64,000 bases of DNA from a virus, in IMG/VR virus record IMGVR_UViG_3300035703_000055, positions 1-64,000 of that record, one strand, 5' to 3'. Under the pieces are notes generated by a model. It saw nothing but the letters and a program-made list of their open reading frames with translations, was not told where the DNA came from and ran no database searches. Both the position numbers and the translations under genes were made by a program. Below are positions 17,368-25,945 of the stretch, one piece after another; position 1 is the stretch's first letter; each line of letters begins with the position of its first letter.

Positions 17368-17603
17368 GCGGTCTCGCTTTCTTTGAGTTCGTGCTGGCCT
17401 CGGTAGACATCGTTGGCAATGCGAAGCTCGCACTGCATGTCGTAGTTGCCCATGGCCAGCGGTTGATTTGGAACGGTGTTGATGGTCAAGACAAAGCCGT
17501 ATTCGAAAGCCAGGTCGGTGAGTGCTTGTGCTCGCTGCTTCAGGCCTTTTATGGCTTGCTCGAGCTCCTCTTGCGAGTGGATCTGGTTGGGCATCGGTGT
17601 CAT
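17364..17603 (-). CDS. hypothetical protein
   Basis: VLTI...P..PLAMGNY motif; coupled to neighbours. Confidence 0.6.
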   Translation of the reverse strand: MTPMPNQIHSQEELEQAIKGLKQRAQALTDLAFEYGFVLTINTVPNQPLAMGNYDMQCELRIANDVYRGQHELKESETA

Positions 17604-17983
17604 GCGGCCTCCTGCAGCAGTTCGTAGAAGGCGGGGCGCTTGAAGTACTCGATCTTGAAACCGCCCCAGCGATCAGCCTCAGGGCCAACCAGACGGCCTT
17701 CGCCATCGCTGAACAGCACGGCAACGCAGTCTTGGTTGAAGTCGCGCGCAATCTGATTCAGGGCGTTGAGGACGATGTTTTTCTGAGCGTTGAACTCAAA
17801 GGTGATGACGGCCGTGTGCTCGGTGGCCTGGCCGTCCGGGCCTTCGTATGAGGCCTCGCGAACTTCGCCGATGGCGCGCGTGAAGAACTTGCGGACGCTG
17901 GCGATGACGACGTTGTAGCGTGCGCCCAGTTCGGCATCGGCGACGCTCTTGCTGTCCAGTTCGACGTTGATGATGGCTTGCAT
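17600..17983 (-). CDS. hypothetical protein
   Basis: QDCVAV..G.LVGP.A..WG.F..EYF conserved phage pattern; AGGAG RBS. Confidence 0.65.
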   Translation of the reverse strand: MQAIINVELDSKSVADAELGARYNVVIASVRKFFTRAIGEVREASYEGPDGQATEHTAVITFEFNAQKNIVLNALNQIARDFNQDCVAVLFSDGEGRLVGPEADRWGGFKIEYFKRPAFYELLQEAA

Positions 17984-18049
17984 GTGAAACTCCTGTTGCT
18001 TCAAAAACCGTTTGTTGCTGGCCGGGCCAAAAAAACCCGGCCATTCCGA

Positions 18050-18280
18050 TTAGGCGGTGACCTGCTCGGGGTTGTGCAGGGTGGTGCGATTGCCAGGGCC
18101 AGAGTTGGTCCAGGCGATGGCCGCGGCGTTGCGATCGGCTTCGGTGTCAAAGTCGGCCCAGCTGTGGAAGTTCAGGCCGCTGTACTTGGCCAGGCCGAAC
18201 TTGCCGGCGTCGCGGGTTTTGATGGAGTGCTCTTCGACTGCTTTGGCGTTGAGCCTGGTGATTACGTTCAGGTCTTGCAT
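18050..18280 (-). CDS. hypothetical protein
   Basis: MQDLNVITRLN start; AAGGA RBS; directly after a promoter. Confidence 0.65.
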   Translation of the reverse strand: MQDLNVITRLNAKAVEEHSIKTRDAGKFGLAKYSGLNFHSWADFDTEADRNAAAIAWTNSGPGNRTTLHNPEQVTA

Positions 18281-18312
18281 GGTGTTTCCTTGATGCTGTT
18301 TGGCTGCGTCTC

Positions 18313-18366
18313 CAACGAAATGTTGTCGACGGAATGAATTGTTGCACAAAAACAAGATGTTGCAAA
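18313..18366 (-). promoter_or_regulatory. leftward promoter with operators
   Basis: minus strand TTGCAA-16-AACAAT; CAAC-GAAAT-GTTG at 18313-18325 and AAAC-AAGAT-GTTG at 18350-18362. Confidence 0.6.
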
Positions 18367-18402
18367 TGTTGCGCAACAATAACCTTCAATTATGGTGGGG
18401 TA

Positions 18403-18888
18403 TTACCGGATGAGTGAGGCGAATGGGTTCAGGTGCTTGCGCGTCTTGTGAAGGCGCACGCGACTGACCAGGGCTCCGCTCACGCCGTGGCGCCTTGCTG
18501 CGTCGGCGACCGACTCGCTGGACGCCCGGATGTCGATGACCTGCCAGTCCTCAAGCTTCTTCAGGGGGTGGCCCATGACCTGGATCTTGACCAGGCGCGT
18601 TGGGTGCGAGCCGCCGATCTTTCCGAGGATCTGCATGTGCTTCGACTTTGTCATCGACGCCGCATGCTCTGGGTTGACGCACAGGGGGTTGCCGCACTTC
18701 GCCGGGTTGACGTGGCCATCACGCCAGATGCCCTTGGCCCTGGCCATGAGCGTGCGAACAGCGACGCGCTTGTGGTCGATGGTCAGGTATGGGCGGCCGC
18801 CTTGCACGGTCCCGCCTGTCCACAGCCAGCACTCGCCCTCCTCGACGTAGCGGCCCTCAATGCGGGCGATGATTTCTTCCAGCGTCAT
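18403..18888 (-). CDS. HNH-like endonuclease with C-terminal HTH
   Basis: CWLWTG..KCGNPLCVNPEH plus C-terminal IRAS..AARRHGVS..VSRV; catalytic His region appears degenerate. Confidence 0.7.
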   Translation of the reverse strand: MTLEEIIARIEGRYVEEGECWLWTGGTVQGGRPYLTIDHKRVAVRTLMARAKGIWRDGHVNPAKCGNPLCVNPEHAASMTKSKHMQILGKIGGSHPTRLVKIQVMGHPLKKLEDWQVIDIRASSESVADAARRHGVSGALVSRVRLHKTRKHLNPFASLIR

Positions 18889-19052
18889 TACTTGATGTCC
18901 TTGTAATACTTCTTTGCTTGCTCTGCCGCCTCGATCTGCGCGCCCGATCGCTTGGGCTCATCTGGTCGCCAGATGTACATGTCGCTGTACAAGGCCCAGG
19001 CCATGAAGACCCAAAGGCCGGCGTAGAAAGCGGTCAAAATTTTCTTGGTCAT
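18888..19052 (-). CDS. 54-aa membrane micro-protein
   Basis: hand translation MTKKILTAFYAGLWVFMAWALYSDMYIWRP..; coupled to neighbours. Confidence 0.5.
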   Translation of the reverse strand: MTKKILTAFYAGLWVFMAWALYSDMYIWRPDEPKRSGAQIEAAEQAKKYYKDIK

Positions 19053-19234
19053 TTCTGTTCCTCAGTTGGGATGCGGGTGCAGTCTTTGTCGGCGCTGTTT
19101 TCGCGGCCGCTCATGATTCCTGTGCGCGGCCCCCATGTCTGGCCTGGCAGGTCAACCCAGCGCAGGCACTTCTGGCAGTTGCTGTCGGGCGCTTCGGGCT
19201 CGCAGCGGTGGTAGTCGTAGGGTAGGGTTCTCAT
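19049..19234 (-). CDS. Cys-rich small protein
   Basis: LPYDYHRC..C.KCLR. Confidence 0.6.
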   Translation of the reverse strand: MRTLPYDYHRCEPEAPDSNCQKCLRWVDLPGQTWGPRTGIMSGRENSADKDCTRIPTEEQK

Positions 19235-19244
19235 GCCGGGTCCC

Positions 19245-19700
19245 TTACTTCAATGCGCTGGAGATCTTGTCGAGCTTCCCGCTCTTCTCCAGCTCCGCAA
19301 GGGTCGACATGGCCGTGGCAGCTCGCTCGAGCAGCAATACGTAGCGCTCCAGGTTCGCGAAGTTCGCCGTCTTCTCAACCTTCATCAAGCCGGAAGCAAG
19401 GTCGTCCGCAGCTTTGCGCACGTTGCCCGACACCTTCTTGATGTTGGCCTGCAGCTCATCAGATGTGGCCATCAATTTGCTTGCGTTGCGCTTGAACATC
19501 TTCTCGGCCGTCTCTGCGATCTCTGATGCCTTTTCGTAGTCTGTCGTTACCATTTTTGCTTTCCTTGTTGCGTAAGTTCCGTTTTCGTTCAGTAGTTCGT
19601 CTGCAATTGCTTTGGTGATCTTCTCGACAGACCATCCAGGCCCGTGCCTGTCTATGACGTCTGGCTTCAAGCCATCAATCGATGCGCCAACGTTTCTCAT
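19245..19700 (-). CDS. coiled-coil hypothetical protein
   Basis: MRNVGASIDG start overlapping the upstream stop. Confidence 0.6.
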   Translation of the reverse strand: MRNVGASIDGLKPDVIDRHGPGWSVEKITKAIADELLNENGTYATRKAKMVTTDYEKASEIAETAEKMFKRNASKLMATSDELQANIKKVSGNVRKAADDLASGLMKVEKTANFANLERYVLLLERAATAMSTLAELEKSGKLDKISSALK

Positions 19701-20203
19701 GCTGTTACCTCTGTGTTCTTGATGTGTTTCTGTGCCCACTCGCGCATGTGCTTCCAGCGGCGCTCGGCTGCGTTTGTGATGCTGGCGCGGACCGTCTTTT
19801 TGTGCTGGCCGTAGTCCGGGTAGTAAGGGCGCATTGGCCCGCAGATCTCGACCTGGACCCAGTCCCAATCCGAAAAGCACTCGTCGTTCTCGTAGACGAT
19901 CTCGCGCACCATGGCTTCGGACAGACCAAAGGCCTTGGCCACCTGTGTCCAGTCCTCAGGGTCAAGGGCCGTGAGCTCGACGCCTCGGGCATCGCCAACG
20001 ACGCCCAGGGTGCAGAACTCGCCATCGGCACTCACCAGGGACTCCGAGGCCAGGCGCTTCTCTGGCATGGCGTCAAGCGCCGCCACCAGCTCGCGCAGGA
20101 AGGCCTGGCCACGGCTGCCGCGCAGGGCGCTTGCAACAGCGCCGCGCCATCGGATCAAGCCCCAGTTGTCATCGCAATCGTCGTTGTATCCGCTGCGGCT
20201 CAT
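19697..20203 (-). CDS. conserved phage protein
   Basis: MSRSGY.DD..RWRGAVASA.RG.RGQAFLREL..ALDAMPEKRL family. Confidence 0.75.
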   Translation of the reverse strand: MSRSGYNDDCDDNWGLIRWRGAVASALRGSRGQAFLRELVAALDAMPEKRLASESLVSADGEFCTLGVVGDARGVELTALDPEDWTQVAKAFGLSEAMVREIVYENDECFSDWDWVQVEICGPMRPYYPDYGQHKKTVRASITNAAERRWKHMREWAQKHIKNTEVTA

Positions 20204-20496
20204 GCTGTCACCTCAAGCTCTTTCTCTGTGTTGATCTTGGTGCTGGGTGCTGGCGGCCGAATGGGCTTGAGCACCTCGTCGGGGACTGGGCCTTCCATGA
20301 GGTGGCACACCTGGCCCAGGATGTTGCGGTAGGTGATCAGCCCCTTTGCGCGGCAGATCCAGACCTGGCCGCCATGCATCAGGGTGACGCCGGTCTTGCC
20401 GTGGTCGTCGGCCTCAAGCACGTCGACAAAAAGGCCGATGTTCTCGGGGATGTCGCTGGCGATGATCACAGCCAGGTCGCCGGGTTTGCAGTTCAT
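20200..20496 (-). CDS. conserved small phage protein
   Basis: MNCKPGDLA..D..LKPIRP family. Confidence 0.7.
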   Translation of the reverse strand: MNCKPGDLAVIIASDIPENIGLFVDVLEADDHGKTGVTLMHGGQVWICRAKGLITYRNILGQVCHLMEGPVPDEVLKPIRPPAPSTKINTEKELEVTA

Positions 20497-21161
20497 GCGG
20501 CCTCCTTTTGTTTTCCGGTGGCCAGCTCTGTCAGCTTTGCTCGGAAAAACTCAAATTCGCGGTCATCAAAGCGCCGCGGCATCAAGATCGACAGCAGCTC
20601 TGGGTGTGCTGTGTGCTGAACCACTACGGCTGCATCGGGCTTCTCTTGCCAAAAAATGATGCTGTTTTGGTCTGAGACGGACGTGTTGAGGCGCAGGTAG
20701 TCGGACAGGTAATTAGTCGACAATGACGCGGCGCATCCTGGCTTTAGGCTCTCCCAGCAGGGGAGCACCCGTCGCCAGTCGGGGTAGTTGCCGATGATCC
20801 AAGGGTCACCTGGCATCACGTAGCTCTCGAGGCCGTTGTGCTCCTGGTCAAAATCAACGCCAACCGATACTCGCTTGCCTTGCGCGATCACCTTGAGTGC
20901 CGCGCTTGACCGAGCCTTGCAGGCGGAGATGAACTGGCTGTCAGCGCGCACGATCAGGCCGCGGCCCTCGTCTCCCTCAATTAAGCCGTGCTTGTCGTAG
21001 GCGACCGTGAGGCGATGGCCATCGCAGCCGATGATGTAGACGCCGGGCCGATCGCCTGCCGCTTCGACGCGGATGCCGTTCAGGTAGTAGCGGATGTCAC
21101 GCTTGCCTGCGAATGGGGCAACAAGCGGGATGAATTTTCGGTCGAACTGAAGGCGGATCAC
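20493..21161 (-). CDS. DNA polymerase III beta-clamp-like protein (partial fold)
   Basis: FAGKRDIRYYLNGIRVE, GCDGHRL, GNYPDWRRVLP, ILMPRR match the clamp middle and C-terminal domains; no N-terminal domain. Confidence 0.75.
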   Translation of the reverse strand: MIRLQFDRKFIPLVAPFAGKRDIRYYLNGIRVEAAGDRPGVYIIGCDGHRLTVAYDKHGLIEGDEGRGLIVRADSQFISACKARSSAALKVIAQGKRVSVGVDFDQEHNGLESYVMPGDPWIIGNYPDWRRVLPCWESLKPGCAASLSTNYLSDYLRLNTSVSDQNSIIFWQEKPDAAVVVQHTAHPELLSILMPRRFDDREFEFFRAKLTELATGKQKEAA

Positions 21162-21376
21162 AGCAGGCCCCCTTCCGAGTCGTCAGAGGGGAGGTGCTGC
21201 ACCGTGATCTCCTCCATCCATGCGGTGTCATCCTCGTTCTGATTCAGTGGATTGCCGGAGTGTGTGCAGGAGGGGCAGGGTGGGCTGATGTGGCAGCTGC
21301 AGTTGCCATCGCTGCCGTACCGCCCTTCGAAATCCTCGCGCTCAGCTTGCGCCTCAGGTGTCAGCACTTTGCTCAT
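21158..21376 (-). CDS. small Cys-rich protein
   Basis: CSCHISPPCPSC motif; AGGAGG RBS. Confidence 0.6.
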   Translation of the reverse strand: MSKVLTPEAQAEREDFEGRYGSDGNCSCHISPPCPSCTHSGNPLNQNEDDTAWMEEITVQHLPSDDSEGGLL

Positions 21377-21636
21377 AAAGCCTCCTGTGCGATGTTGCGG
21401 ATTTCCCAGAGCGTGTCGGGCACAGCCGGGCCGGTGGACTTGTCGTGCGCCAGGTCGGCGATGTGGGACAAAGCGAGCGACTGGTCGACGGAGGTCTGGA
21501 CGACCTCCTCCCAGCCGATGGCCTTGAGCACCTCGGCCTCGATGGCCTCGTGATAGTGGTGAAGCCAGATGGCCCCGTACTTTTCGCACGTCTTGGCGCG
21601 GATCTCGCCGGCGCGCTCGGGTGTGATGATGGGCAT
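21373..21636 (-). CDS. hypothetical protein
   Basis: 87 aa, AGGAG RBS. Confidence 0.6.
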   Translation of the reverse strand: MPIITPERAGEIRAKTCEKYGAIWLHHYHEAIEAEVLKAIGWEEVVQTSVDQSLALSHIADLAHDKSTGPAVPDTLWEIRNIAQEAL

Positions 21637-21665
21637 GTAAAACTCCTAAGGTTGGTGGTGAAAAA

Positions 21666-21935
21666 TCAGATGCCGTCGGTGATGACGGAGGCAGGGTCGT
21701 CGTCAATCCAGACGTCAACCCTGATGCCCAGGTCGGCGAGGTAGTCGCGCTTGGCCTGGCCGGCTGTGCAGTGGACCTCGAGGTCATCCGGCAAGATGAC
21801 GGGGGCGAAGGCTCGACCGGTGCAGATCAGCACGCGGTGGCCAGCCAGGCGAGCGGCCGCAATGAACTGACCCCACAAGGCTGGCGCTGCGGCGTAGGTG
21901 CCGTCATAGTCGATGGCGAATGTTTGCTGTGTCAC
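21666..21935 (-). CDS. minimal HAD-superfamily hydrolase
   Basis: FAIDYDGT (motif I), CTGR (II), K (III), WIDD.P (IV); GTG start after AGGAG. Confidence 0.8.
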   Translation of the reverse strand: MTQQTFAIDYDGTYAAAPALWGQFIAAARLAGHRVLICTGRAFAPVILPDDLEVHCTAGQAKRDYLADLGIRVDVWIDDDPASVITDGI

Positions 21936-21966
21936 TGATAGCTCCTGAATGTTGCTGTGTGAAGAG

Positions 21967-21996
21967 ATTGTTACGCAACAAACAAAAAGTTGCAAA
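21967..21996 (-). promoter_or_regulatory. leftward promoter
   Basis: minus strand TTGCAA-17-AACAAT; AAAC-AAAAA-GTTG at 21980-21992. Confidence 0.6.
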
Positions 21997-22013
21997 CACA
22001 GCAAAAAAAGACC

Positions 22014-22217
22014 CTACGAATTTGTCGGGCTTTGCTCCAGCAAGTGGGCCATGCGCATGTCGATGAGCTGCATCGCTGCGTGGTAGTCGGCCAGGGCAGC
22101 GCGCAGCACCGGGTCTCTGTTGAAGATGTTGGGGTAGTACTCCCTGGCGGCCGTCTCGTAGCCCTTGTCGTCGCGCCAGTACTCCCACATGTGCAGCTCG
22201 CAGTCTTTGTTGCTCAT
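22014..22217 (-). CDS. hypothetical protein
   Basis: MSNKDCEL start; GAGGA RBS. Confidence 0.55.
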   Translation of the reverse strand: MSNKDCELHMWEYWRDDKGYETAAREYYPNIFNRDPVLRAALADYHAAMQLIDMRMAHLLEQSPTNS

Positions 22218-22493
22218 AGCGGTGCGTCCTCTGTTTCGCTGATGCGCTTGAGTCGGTAGGCGCGCTCCTGGGCCGGCGTCCATGGCACAGGGCCAGATGG
22301 GGGAGGGAAGGGCCAGGTGTTCATGCTGTTTCTTTCTGGCCAATGGCGGCCTGCCATGCGCGCCATGCGACGCGGGTTGTTTCACTGATGTAGCCCTTGC
22401 CCGTGCGAACCAGGCAGGCAGAGGTGTGCGAGGCTGAGTACCAGGCCTCAAAGGCGATGCGCTCATCGCTGACGGGTTGCTTGCTGATGCTCA

Positions 22494-22823
22494 TCACGCC
22501 TCCGCCTTGGCAATCACGGCATGGATGCGGTCAACAATGCCCAGGGGCACGTCGTACTCGCTCCAATAGCTGGCGGACTCCTGCAGCTCCTTGAGCACGG
22601 CCAGCAGCTCGTTGCGCTCGGCCTTGATGGCGTTGAAGTGCTCGACGCAGTCCAGGTTGGCCTTTCGCAGCCTGAACTCCTCTTCGTCGCGTTCCCGGCT
22701 GATGCACACCGGGCACCCGTAATAGTCGGTGCCCTCGTGTGTGCCGTCTTTCGAGATGGAGACCTCCCCAGTGCCGCCGCACAGGGGGCATTCGTCGTTG
22801 TGGTTTTCGGCTTGCGCGTTCAT
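22494..22823 (-). CDS. Zn-finger hypothetical protein
   Basis: CPLCGGTG..CPVC; C-terminal ELLAVL..AVIAKAE. Confidence 0.65.
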   Translation of the reverse strand: MNAQAENHNDECPLCGGTGEVSISKDGTHEGTDYYGCPVCISRERDEEEFRLRKANLDCVEHFNAIKAERNELLAVLKELQESASYWSEYDVPLGIVDRIHAVIAKAEA

Positions 22824-23164
22824 GCTGCACGACCTTTCTTGCTCGGAGGGGCGCTGTGATGCGCGATGAACTCCATGGGTGTCGCGAAGATCGCTTCTCG
22901 GTCGGCAGGCAGGCGATGTTCTTCAGGCTGCCACTTCGCCACGTTGCGGCGGTAAATTGCCAAGCCGGCGCAGCGGCTTCCAGCGTGTACGTGACACTCC
23001 ACCACCTCATCGGAGTGGCACAGGCCTGCGTATTGTTCTGGTGTGGCACCGCCCAGCCAGCCGTTAAGTGAATCGCGGCGCAGTGGGCAGTCGCTACAGG
23101 CTTTTGTTAGCTGCCTGGATGCTGGCGCGGCCTCACCGCGTGAAATCAGTTTCTTCATGTTCAT
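22820..23164 (-). CDS. Cys/His-rich protein (DUF6283-like)
   Basis: CSDCPLRRD..GWLG..CH..CAG motif. Confidence 0.6.
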   Translation of the reverse strand: MNMKKLISRGEAAPASRQLTKACSDCPLRRDSLNGWLGGATPEQYAGLCHSDEVVECHVHAGSRCAGLAIYRRNVAKWQPEEHRLPADREAIFATPMEFIAHHSAPPSKKGRAA

Positions 23165-23388
23165 GCTCCAATGGTGTCGATGTAGTCATCCAGGACTGAT
23201 GCCCGGGTGAAGTTGGCGCTGTCGCGCTTGAGTTTGGTGGCCTCTCCGTCCTGAACAAAAAAGCTCAGGCCAGAAACAACTTCGCGAACGGTGTAGGCGG
23301 TGCCATGGCCGAACTCAACAACGTCGTATCGCTCGCAGCAGGGGAAGAGGGCGGTGACTTGAAACATCATGTGCCCCTTGTGCCCCAC
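23161..23388 (-). CDS. hypothetical protein
   Basis: ORF in the leftward run; the start is uncertain. Confidence 0.5.
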   Translation of the reverse strand: MGHKGHMMFQVTALFPCCERYDVVEFGHGTAYTVREVVSGLSFFVQDGEATKLKRDSANFTRASVLDDYIDTIGA

Positions 23389-23570
23389 TCGGGCATTTCA
23401 AATTTCGGGTCAACGAAGTCGTCTGGGATGGCTTCGGCCTTGTCGCGCCGTTGCCTGGCCTGGTCTGCCCAATACTTGCTCGATTCGCCGGTTGTGACGC
23501 TGGCGTAGTAGTCGAGCTGTTTGGCACTCGAGATCAGGCCCTTGTAGGTCAGTGTGTCTTGCTTGGCCAT
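23367..23570 (-). CDS. hypothetical protein
   Basis: MAKQDTLTY start; GGAGG RBS. Confidence 0.55.
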   Translation of the reverse strand: MAKQDTLTYKGLISSAKQLDYYASVTTGESSKYWADQARQRRDKAEAIPDDFVDPKFEMPEWGTRGT

Positions 23571-23571
23571 G

Positions 23572-23802
23572 TCATGCCTCCGTGTGACGTTCAACCAGGG
23601 CTTCGGCGTCCTCAAAGTCTGCCGGGTTGCCCGTGAGCCGGAAGTCAGACAGCAGAGCGTCAACAGCTCGCGCCTTGGGGTGGTCCCGGTTCTCAATGAG
23701 CCAGGCGTGGATGATTTGAGTGCGCAGGTTGTCATGCAGACGGCACAGGTGGGCGTGCGCAACCCGCGCTGCAGACAGTCGGAAGTCGGCTGAGGTGATC
23801 AT
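23572..23802 (-). CDS. hypothetical protein
   Basis: 76 aa, coupled to the upstream gene. Confidence 0.55.
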   Translation of the reverse strand: MITSADFRLSAARVAHAHLCRLHDNLRTQIIHAWLIENRDHPKARAVDALLSDFRLTGNPADFEDAEALVERHTEA

Positions 23803-24044
23803 GCTGCGTACTCGATCAGTTCTTTGGCGTTGGCCAGGACCTTGCCGGCTTTGGCGCGGCGGCCGCCGGCGAGTAGGTGTCCAGCGTGAATGACGCCACC
23901 GACGGCCGCGGCCCAGTACTCGTCGCGCTTACCGAGCGGCACAGCCAAAAGCTTGGCTTGGGCGGCCTCGATCTTCTTGGCCAGGCCGCCGCCATCGGTG
24001 CGCTGGGAGATGGCGAAGCCGCCGTGTTGTTGGGTGGTTTGCAT
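23799..24044 (-). CDS. hypothetical protein
   Basis: MQTTQQHGG start; GAGGAG RBS. Confidence 0.6.
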   Translation of the reverse strand: MQTTQQHGGFAISQRTDGGGLAKKIEAAQAKLLAVPLGKRDEYWAAAVGGVIHAGHLLAGGRRAKAGKVLANAKELIEYAA

Positions 24045-24054
24045 GGTTTTCTCC

Positions 24055-24225
24055 TCAGCGGTGAGTGCAAACGCCGGCGTCAATCAGCGACACAGCCAAG
24101 CGGCCGTATGCGCCCTGGAGCTTCCAGACCCAGCCCTTGTCGATGCCGTCCTGGATGAACTCGATGATCTGGTCATCGTCGAGGTCGCCGTTTTCAAAGG
24201 CGATGAGCTGGTCAATGTTGGGCAT
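24055..24225 (-). CDS. 56-aa conserved phage micro-protein
   Basis: hand translation MPNIDQLIAFENGDLDDDQIIEFIQDGIDKGWVWKLQGAYGRLAVSLIDAGVC..; W.LQG.YGR motif; AAGGAG RBS. Confidence 0.65.
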   Translation of the reverse strand: MPNIDQLIAFENGDLDDDQIIEFIQDGIDKGWVWKLQGAYGRLAVSLIDAGVCTHR

Positions 24226-24234
24226 GTTGGCTCC

Positions 24235-24438
24235 TTAAGCGACCACGGGGGCCTGGGTGTTGATGTCGTAGACAGTGTGACCGTCGACCTTGCGGCCGGC
24301 GTCGATGAAGGCCTTGGCTGTGTCCAGCGTCAGGAAGGGCACGAACTGGGTGTAGGGCGTGACGTCGCCCAGGGGCACGTCAAAAACGCCGCTGCGGTGG
24401 CGGATGCCGATGTCTTTGTGATTTGAGTAGCCGACCAT
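24235..24438 (-). CDS. hypothetical protein
   Basis: MVGYSNHK start; AGGAG RBS; first gene after the promoter. Confidence 0.6.
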   Translation of the reverse strand: MVGYSNHKDIGIRHRSGVFDVPLGDVTPYTQFVPFLTLDTAKAFIDAGRKVDGHTVYDINTQAPVVA

Positions 24439-24473
24439 GTGAACTCCTGTAAGTGATTGATTGCGATGAAGTA

Positions 24474-24502
24474 ATTGTTGCACAACAAAGAAAAAGTTGC
24501 AA
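24474..24502 (-). promoter_or_regulatory. leftward promoter
   Basis: minus strand TTGCAA-17-AACAAT, same architecture as the promoters at ~18340 and ~21970. Confidence 0.6.
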
Positions 24503-24606
24503 CGCATACCCACACAGAAACGTCGGGTATTTGTTGAGCAGTCAATGAAATCGCGAAGAAGTCGCTCGAGGTTTCCAACGTAAATGCCTGTCACGTAACA
24601 AAAATG

Positions 24607-24635
24607 TTGTTACATGGCAAACATTTTGTTATACT
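24607..24635 (+). promoter_or_regulatory. rightward sigma70 promoter for the tRNA/late operon
   Basis: TTGTTA-17-TATACT with TGn extension; overlapped by degenerate boxes. Confidence 0.7.
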
Positions 24636-24725
24636 CGCCCACATTGCGCAGACCCTCGAGTCTTCGCTCATAAGAACAACATGCCAGTGGCTTCCCCCTT
24701 TGAGGGCGAAGCCTTGCCAAATTTC

Positions 24726-24800
24726 AGCGGGTTAGCTCAGTAGCAGAGCAGCAGGTTCATACCCTGAAGTGCGGAGGTGCGAGTCCTTCACCCGCAACCA
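24726..24800 (+). tRNA. tRNA with CAT anticodon (Met, initiator-like)
   Basis: cloverleaf: GCGGGT/ACCCGC acceptor, GCTC/GAGC D-stem, CAGG-TTCATAC-CCTG anticodon arm, GGAGG/CCTTC T-stem, encoded CCA. Confidence 0.9.
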
Positions 24801-24813
24801 GCACCACTCGACC

Positions 24814-25590
24814 ATGATCAAACGATTCGGAATCAACAGGTCCGGTCGCGATTTCGTGGTCGGAGACATACACGGCCACTTCAGTCTGCTAACAAAAGCA
24901 TTAGCTGAGATCGGTTTTGACGAGAAGGTGGACCGGCTTTTCAGCGTCGGCGACCTGGTCGACCGCGGCCCCGAGTCGGAAGACGTCACAGAGTGGCTCG
25001 CTCGCCCCTGGTTCCACGCAGTGCGCGGCAACCACGAGCAGATGGCCATTGACGCCCGTGTGGGCTACTTCAACGCCAGGGACTACCTCATGAACGGTGG
25101 AGCCTGGTTCATGTCCCTGCCAAGGGAGTACCAGCGCTTCTACACGGACGCCTTCGAGGCGATGCCGATCCTGATCGAAATTGAGGTGCAGCACCCAACC
25201 TGGCCGGATTCGCAGCTCGTTGGCCTGGTTCACGCCGGATGCCCAATGGACAGTTGGACCGAGCTCAAGGAAGAGCTAGTCAAGCAAAGCCAGATCACTG
25301 GCAGCCTGGGCAACTACGTTGAGAGCAACTGCCTCTGGTCTCGCACCCGCGTCATGGCGGGCGACCCAAAGGCTGTGGCTGGAATTCACAAGGTGATTTC
25401 TGGGCACACCCCAACCAAACAACCGATCGAGCTGGGCAACAGCTTGTTCATCGACACCGCCGGCTGGATTCCCAATGCGGAGACAGCGGCATTCACCTTC
25501 GTGGAGTTGCCTTCATGGCTTATCCACTCCGTTTCAACAAGTGCAGGGCGGCAGCCCGCAGGAAGTAACGAGCATGCCGCCACCAGATAG
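24814..25590 (+). CDS. NinI/PphA-like Ser/Thr protein phosphatase
   Basis: GDIHG, GDLVDRG, RGNHE, HAG, GHTP, IDT motifs. Confidence 0.92.
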   Translation: MIKRFGINRSGRDFVVGDIHGHFSLLTKALAEIGFDEKVDRLFSVGDLVDRGPESEDVTEWLARPWFHAVRGNHEQMAIDARVGYFNARDYLMNGGAWFMSLPREYQRFYTDAFEAMPILIEIEVQHPTWPDSQLVGLVHAGCPMDSWTELKEELVKQSQITGSLGNYVESNCLWSRTRVMAGDPKAVAGIHKVISGHTPTKQPIELGNSLFIDTAGWIPNAETAAFTFVELPSWLIHSVSTSAGRQPAGSNEHAATR

Positions 25591-25942
25591 CGCAGACATC
25601 GCTGTAGCGATTGCAAAAATGGAAGCCATCTCTGGCGACTTGGCTGAGGTGAAAGCCACCATGCGAGAGCTCGCCAATGCCGTGTCAAGGTTGGCCGTGA
25701 TTGAAGAGCGCCAGAACGGGACCAATGAGTCCCTGGGTCGCGCCTTCGCAGAGATCACCAGGCTGACTGGCCGCGTCGTCTCCCTCGAGCAGTCGCAACC
25801 AATCCAGAAGCAGTCCAGCGACCTTGTCCAGGCTGCCGTCAAATACATCGTGGCCGCCGTACTGGGCGCAATCCTCGCAGGCTTCCTGCGCGTGCCCCCA
25901 GCAATGCCAACCGGAACACCGCCAGCTTTGACTGGCAAGTAA
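25574..25942 (+). CDS. coiled-coil protein with C-terminal TM segment
   Basis: heptads LAVIEERQ followed by a single hydrophobic segment. Confidence 0.65.
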   Translation: MPPPDSADIAVAIAKMEAISGDLAEVKATMRELANAVSRLAVIEERQNGTNESLGRAFAEITRLTGRVVSLEQSQPIQKQSSDLVQAAVKYIVAAVLGAILAGFLRVPPAMPTGTPPALTGK

Positions 25943-25945
25943 GAC

